This document shows positions 62,099 through 64,000 of a stretch of DNA of 64,000 bases, in pieces. The DNA comes from Mobula hypostoma (Eukaryota): contig NC_086109.1 of the NCBI RefSeq assembly GCF_963921235.1, positions 29,514,001 to 29,578,000 on the forward strand, in the 5' to 3' direction. A program made the position numbers and the translations under genes. The first letter of the stretch is position 1. Each line of letters opens with the position of its first letter. The notes beneath the pieces were generated by a model. It was not told the origin of the DNA and did not search any database. It saw nothing but the letters and a program-made list of their open reading frames with translations.

Positions 62099-63606
62099 TC
62101 TGTAATGATGCTTTCAGTTTATGCTTACACTTGAAGACTTTGTCTACGTGACTGAAAATGCTCTTCTTGTAAGGTATTACTGGATGTGCTTTTTCTCTCT
62201 CTCTTGAGGGTCTCTCCATAGGAATCAAGATCAGAAACCCATCATACTTCTTGTTATGTTTATCTCAGGCTAATCTGATTGCACCCATCAAAAACGAACA
62301 TCGATGTTGACTAGAATTCAAACCTTGGAACTTCCTGATCTGAATGACTCATTGCCGCAGTACCTGGGAACCATGATGTGAGAACTGTGAACTTCTGAGT
62401 CAAAATTCCCCATTTAACAGTGTCATTTAACTGTTAAGCATGGATGATTGACAGATATACCACCTACAGACTTTCACGGTGAAATTGTGATTAGGTTTAA
62501 TAGGGACAGTTTTGACAGAAAAGTATTGATTTAATACCGACTCCACCTTTCAATCCTATCAGTAAAAATATTATTGTAAAAACCGTTGTTGCTGTAAACA
62601 TCAATGACCTTTGAAATATTTTCAATATGACTATGTCGGCAGGGAGAATTTATTCAGCTTGCAACTAGAATTCTAGATGACTATTTGGTATTAGTGGGAG
62701 TTAATATTTAGTGTGGTGAATGGGTGCCAATAAATTGGACTGTTTTATCCAAGTTCCTGTCAAACATATTGTGTGCTATCCAAGCAACACAGAGGAATAC
62801 ATCCACAGACACAGTTAATACCACCCTTTAGTCAGCAATCTCTTCACTGAACATCAAGCCATGTCTCTCAGACAACCACCAAACTTATCATCTTCAAAGA
62901 TCTTCCCTCCACAGTCCCCAGCTTTCTAATACCCAATCTCACAAAATCTACTTCTACATCTTGCCCAAGAATTACTGTCTGTCCCCATCAAACTCAGTGC
63001 TTCCATCCTAATCCCATTATGTCTATCAGGCCATTATCACTTATATCTGTGACATGCCTTTTATTTTTATTTTCCACTACTTCAATTATCTTCATCTTCA
63101 CCATGGACATACAATCTCCTTGCAATTTCCTCCCACTGTTGGATGGTCTGACGGCCCAGTGCTTTCTCCTTGAGAAGAAGTCTCTCCACTAACACACTCA
63201 GCAATGGATTTCCAATGTGGGGGTGGGTTAAAGCCTATGTTATGGACACTGCAGTCGTTAAGGAATCACCTTACTTAGTTACTTTGATAAACTTTGAAGG
63301 TTTTCTCTGCACTGCCAAGTAATCATTAAGATGTTAAGTTCTTGGCATCCCAATTGGTGAATGCTGCACACTGTCGTCATCAATTGGTCATTGACAAATA
63401 TCAGCAAGCGTCATTGGAGGCAGACAGGGTTGACATTTAAGGAGGCTTTATTTAGTAATCAGTAGGGAGCTGAAATCATAAAGACATGTATGATAGATGC
63501 TACAGAGATTTTGGAACTGTAGGAAACCTCCCTCACAACTCTGACATGTGTTTTGTCTTATTCATTGCAAATATCTTCCTGCATTGCTCTTGGAATCTGG
63601 ATAATA

Positions 63607-63890
63607 AAGATTAAGATTAGCCTTATTTGTCAGATGTACGTCAGAGCATCCGAGGACTGTGCTGGGGGCAGCCCAGAAGTGTCGCAGCACTTCTGCTGCC
63701 AACATAGCATGCCCACAATTTATTAATCCTAATCGTACACCTTTGGAATGTGGGGGGAAACCGGCACACCCGGAGGAAACCCACGTGGTCACGGGGAGAA
63801 TGTACAAACTCTTCAGAGACAGCAGTGGGAATCGAGCACTGGTCAGTGATCACTGGCACTGTGAAGCGATTGCTCTCACCAAGGCAATAC
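63607..63890 (-). mobile_element. V-SINE (HE1-like)
   Basis: TTTGGAATGTGGGGGGAAACCGGCACACCCGGAGGAAACCCACGTGGTCACGGGGAGAATGTACAAACTC V-domain; AAGATT tail. Confidence 0.85.
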
Positions 63891-64000
63891 TGGCAAGGTG
63901 AGCATTAATTGTTAATCCCAAATTTCAGAGGGCAGTTATATGCCATTTCAGAAAGCGTTTGCAAGCCCTCCACATTAGTGGGTCTGGAGCAGTGTATAAG

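Overview
Vertebrate genomic DNA, most likely a cartilaginous fish (ray or shark; inferred from the HE1/V-SINE, Deu-SINE, CR1, Rex1/Babar and Penelope repeat mix). I found no intact cellular gene; almost every ORF in the track is a transposon remnant or an antisense shadow of one. The window is a stack of nested mobile elements, many with readable target-site duplications (TSDs): a full-length 6-kb L1 with a 13-bp TSD, an AcademX-type DNA transposon encoding an XPG/FEN1-like nuclease whose left end is split by a Harbinger MITE, hAT, Tigger and Tc1 derivatives, and RTE, BovB, CR1 and Rex1 LINEs. It also holds many Penelope pseudo-LTR (pLTR) fragments carrying a minimal type I hammerhead ribozyme fold. 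The most notable structures are (i) a hammerhead-bearing 126-bp insertion that sits in frame and in sense orientation inside L1 ORF2, (ii) a Penelope fold-back palindrome with 410 bp of rearranged foreign LINE RT sequence at its exact apex, and (iii) the AcademX remnant. There is also a short eEF1A-like pseudogene fragment and some TE-free, motif-rich stretches that may be conserved non-coding elements. All family names come from recalled motifs, not database searches.
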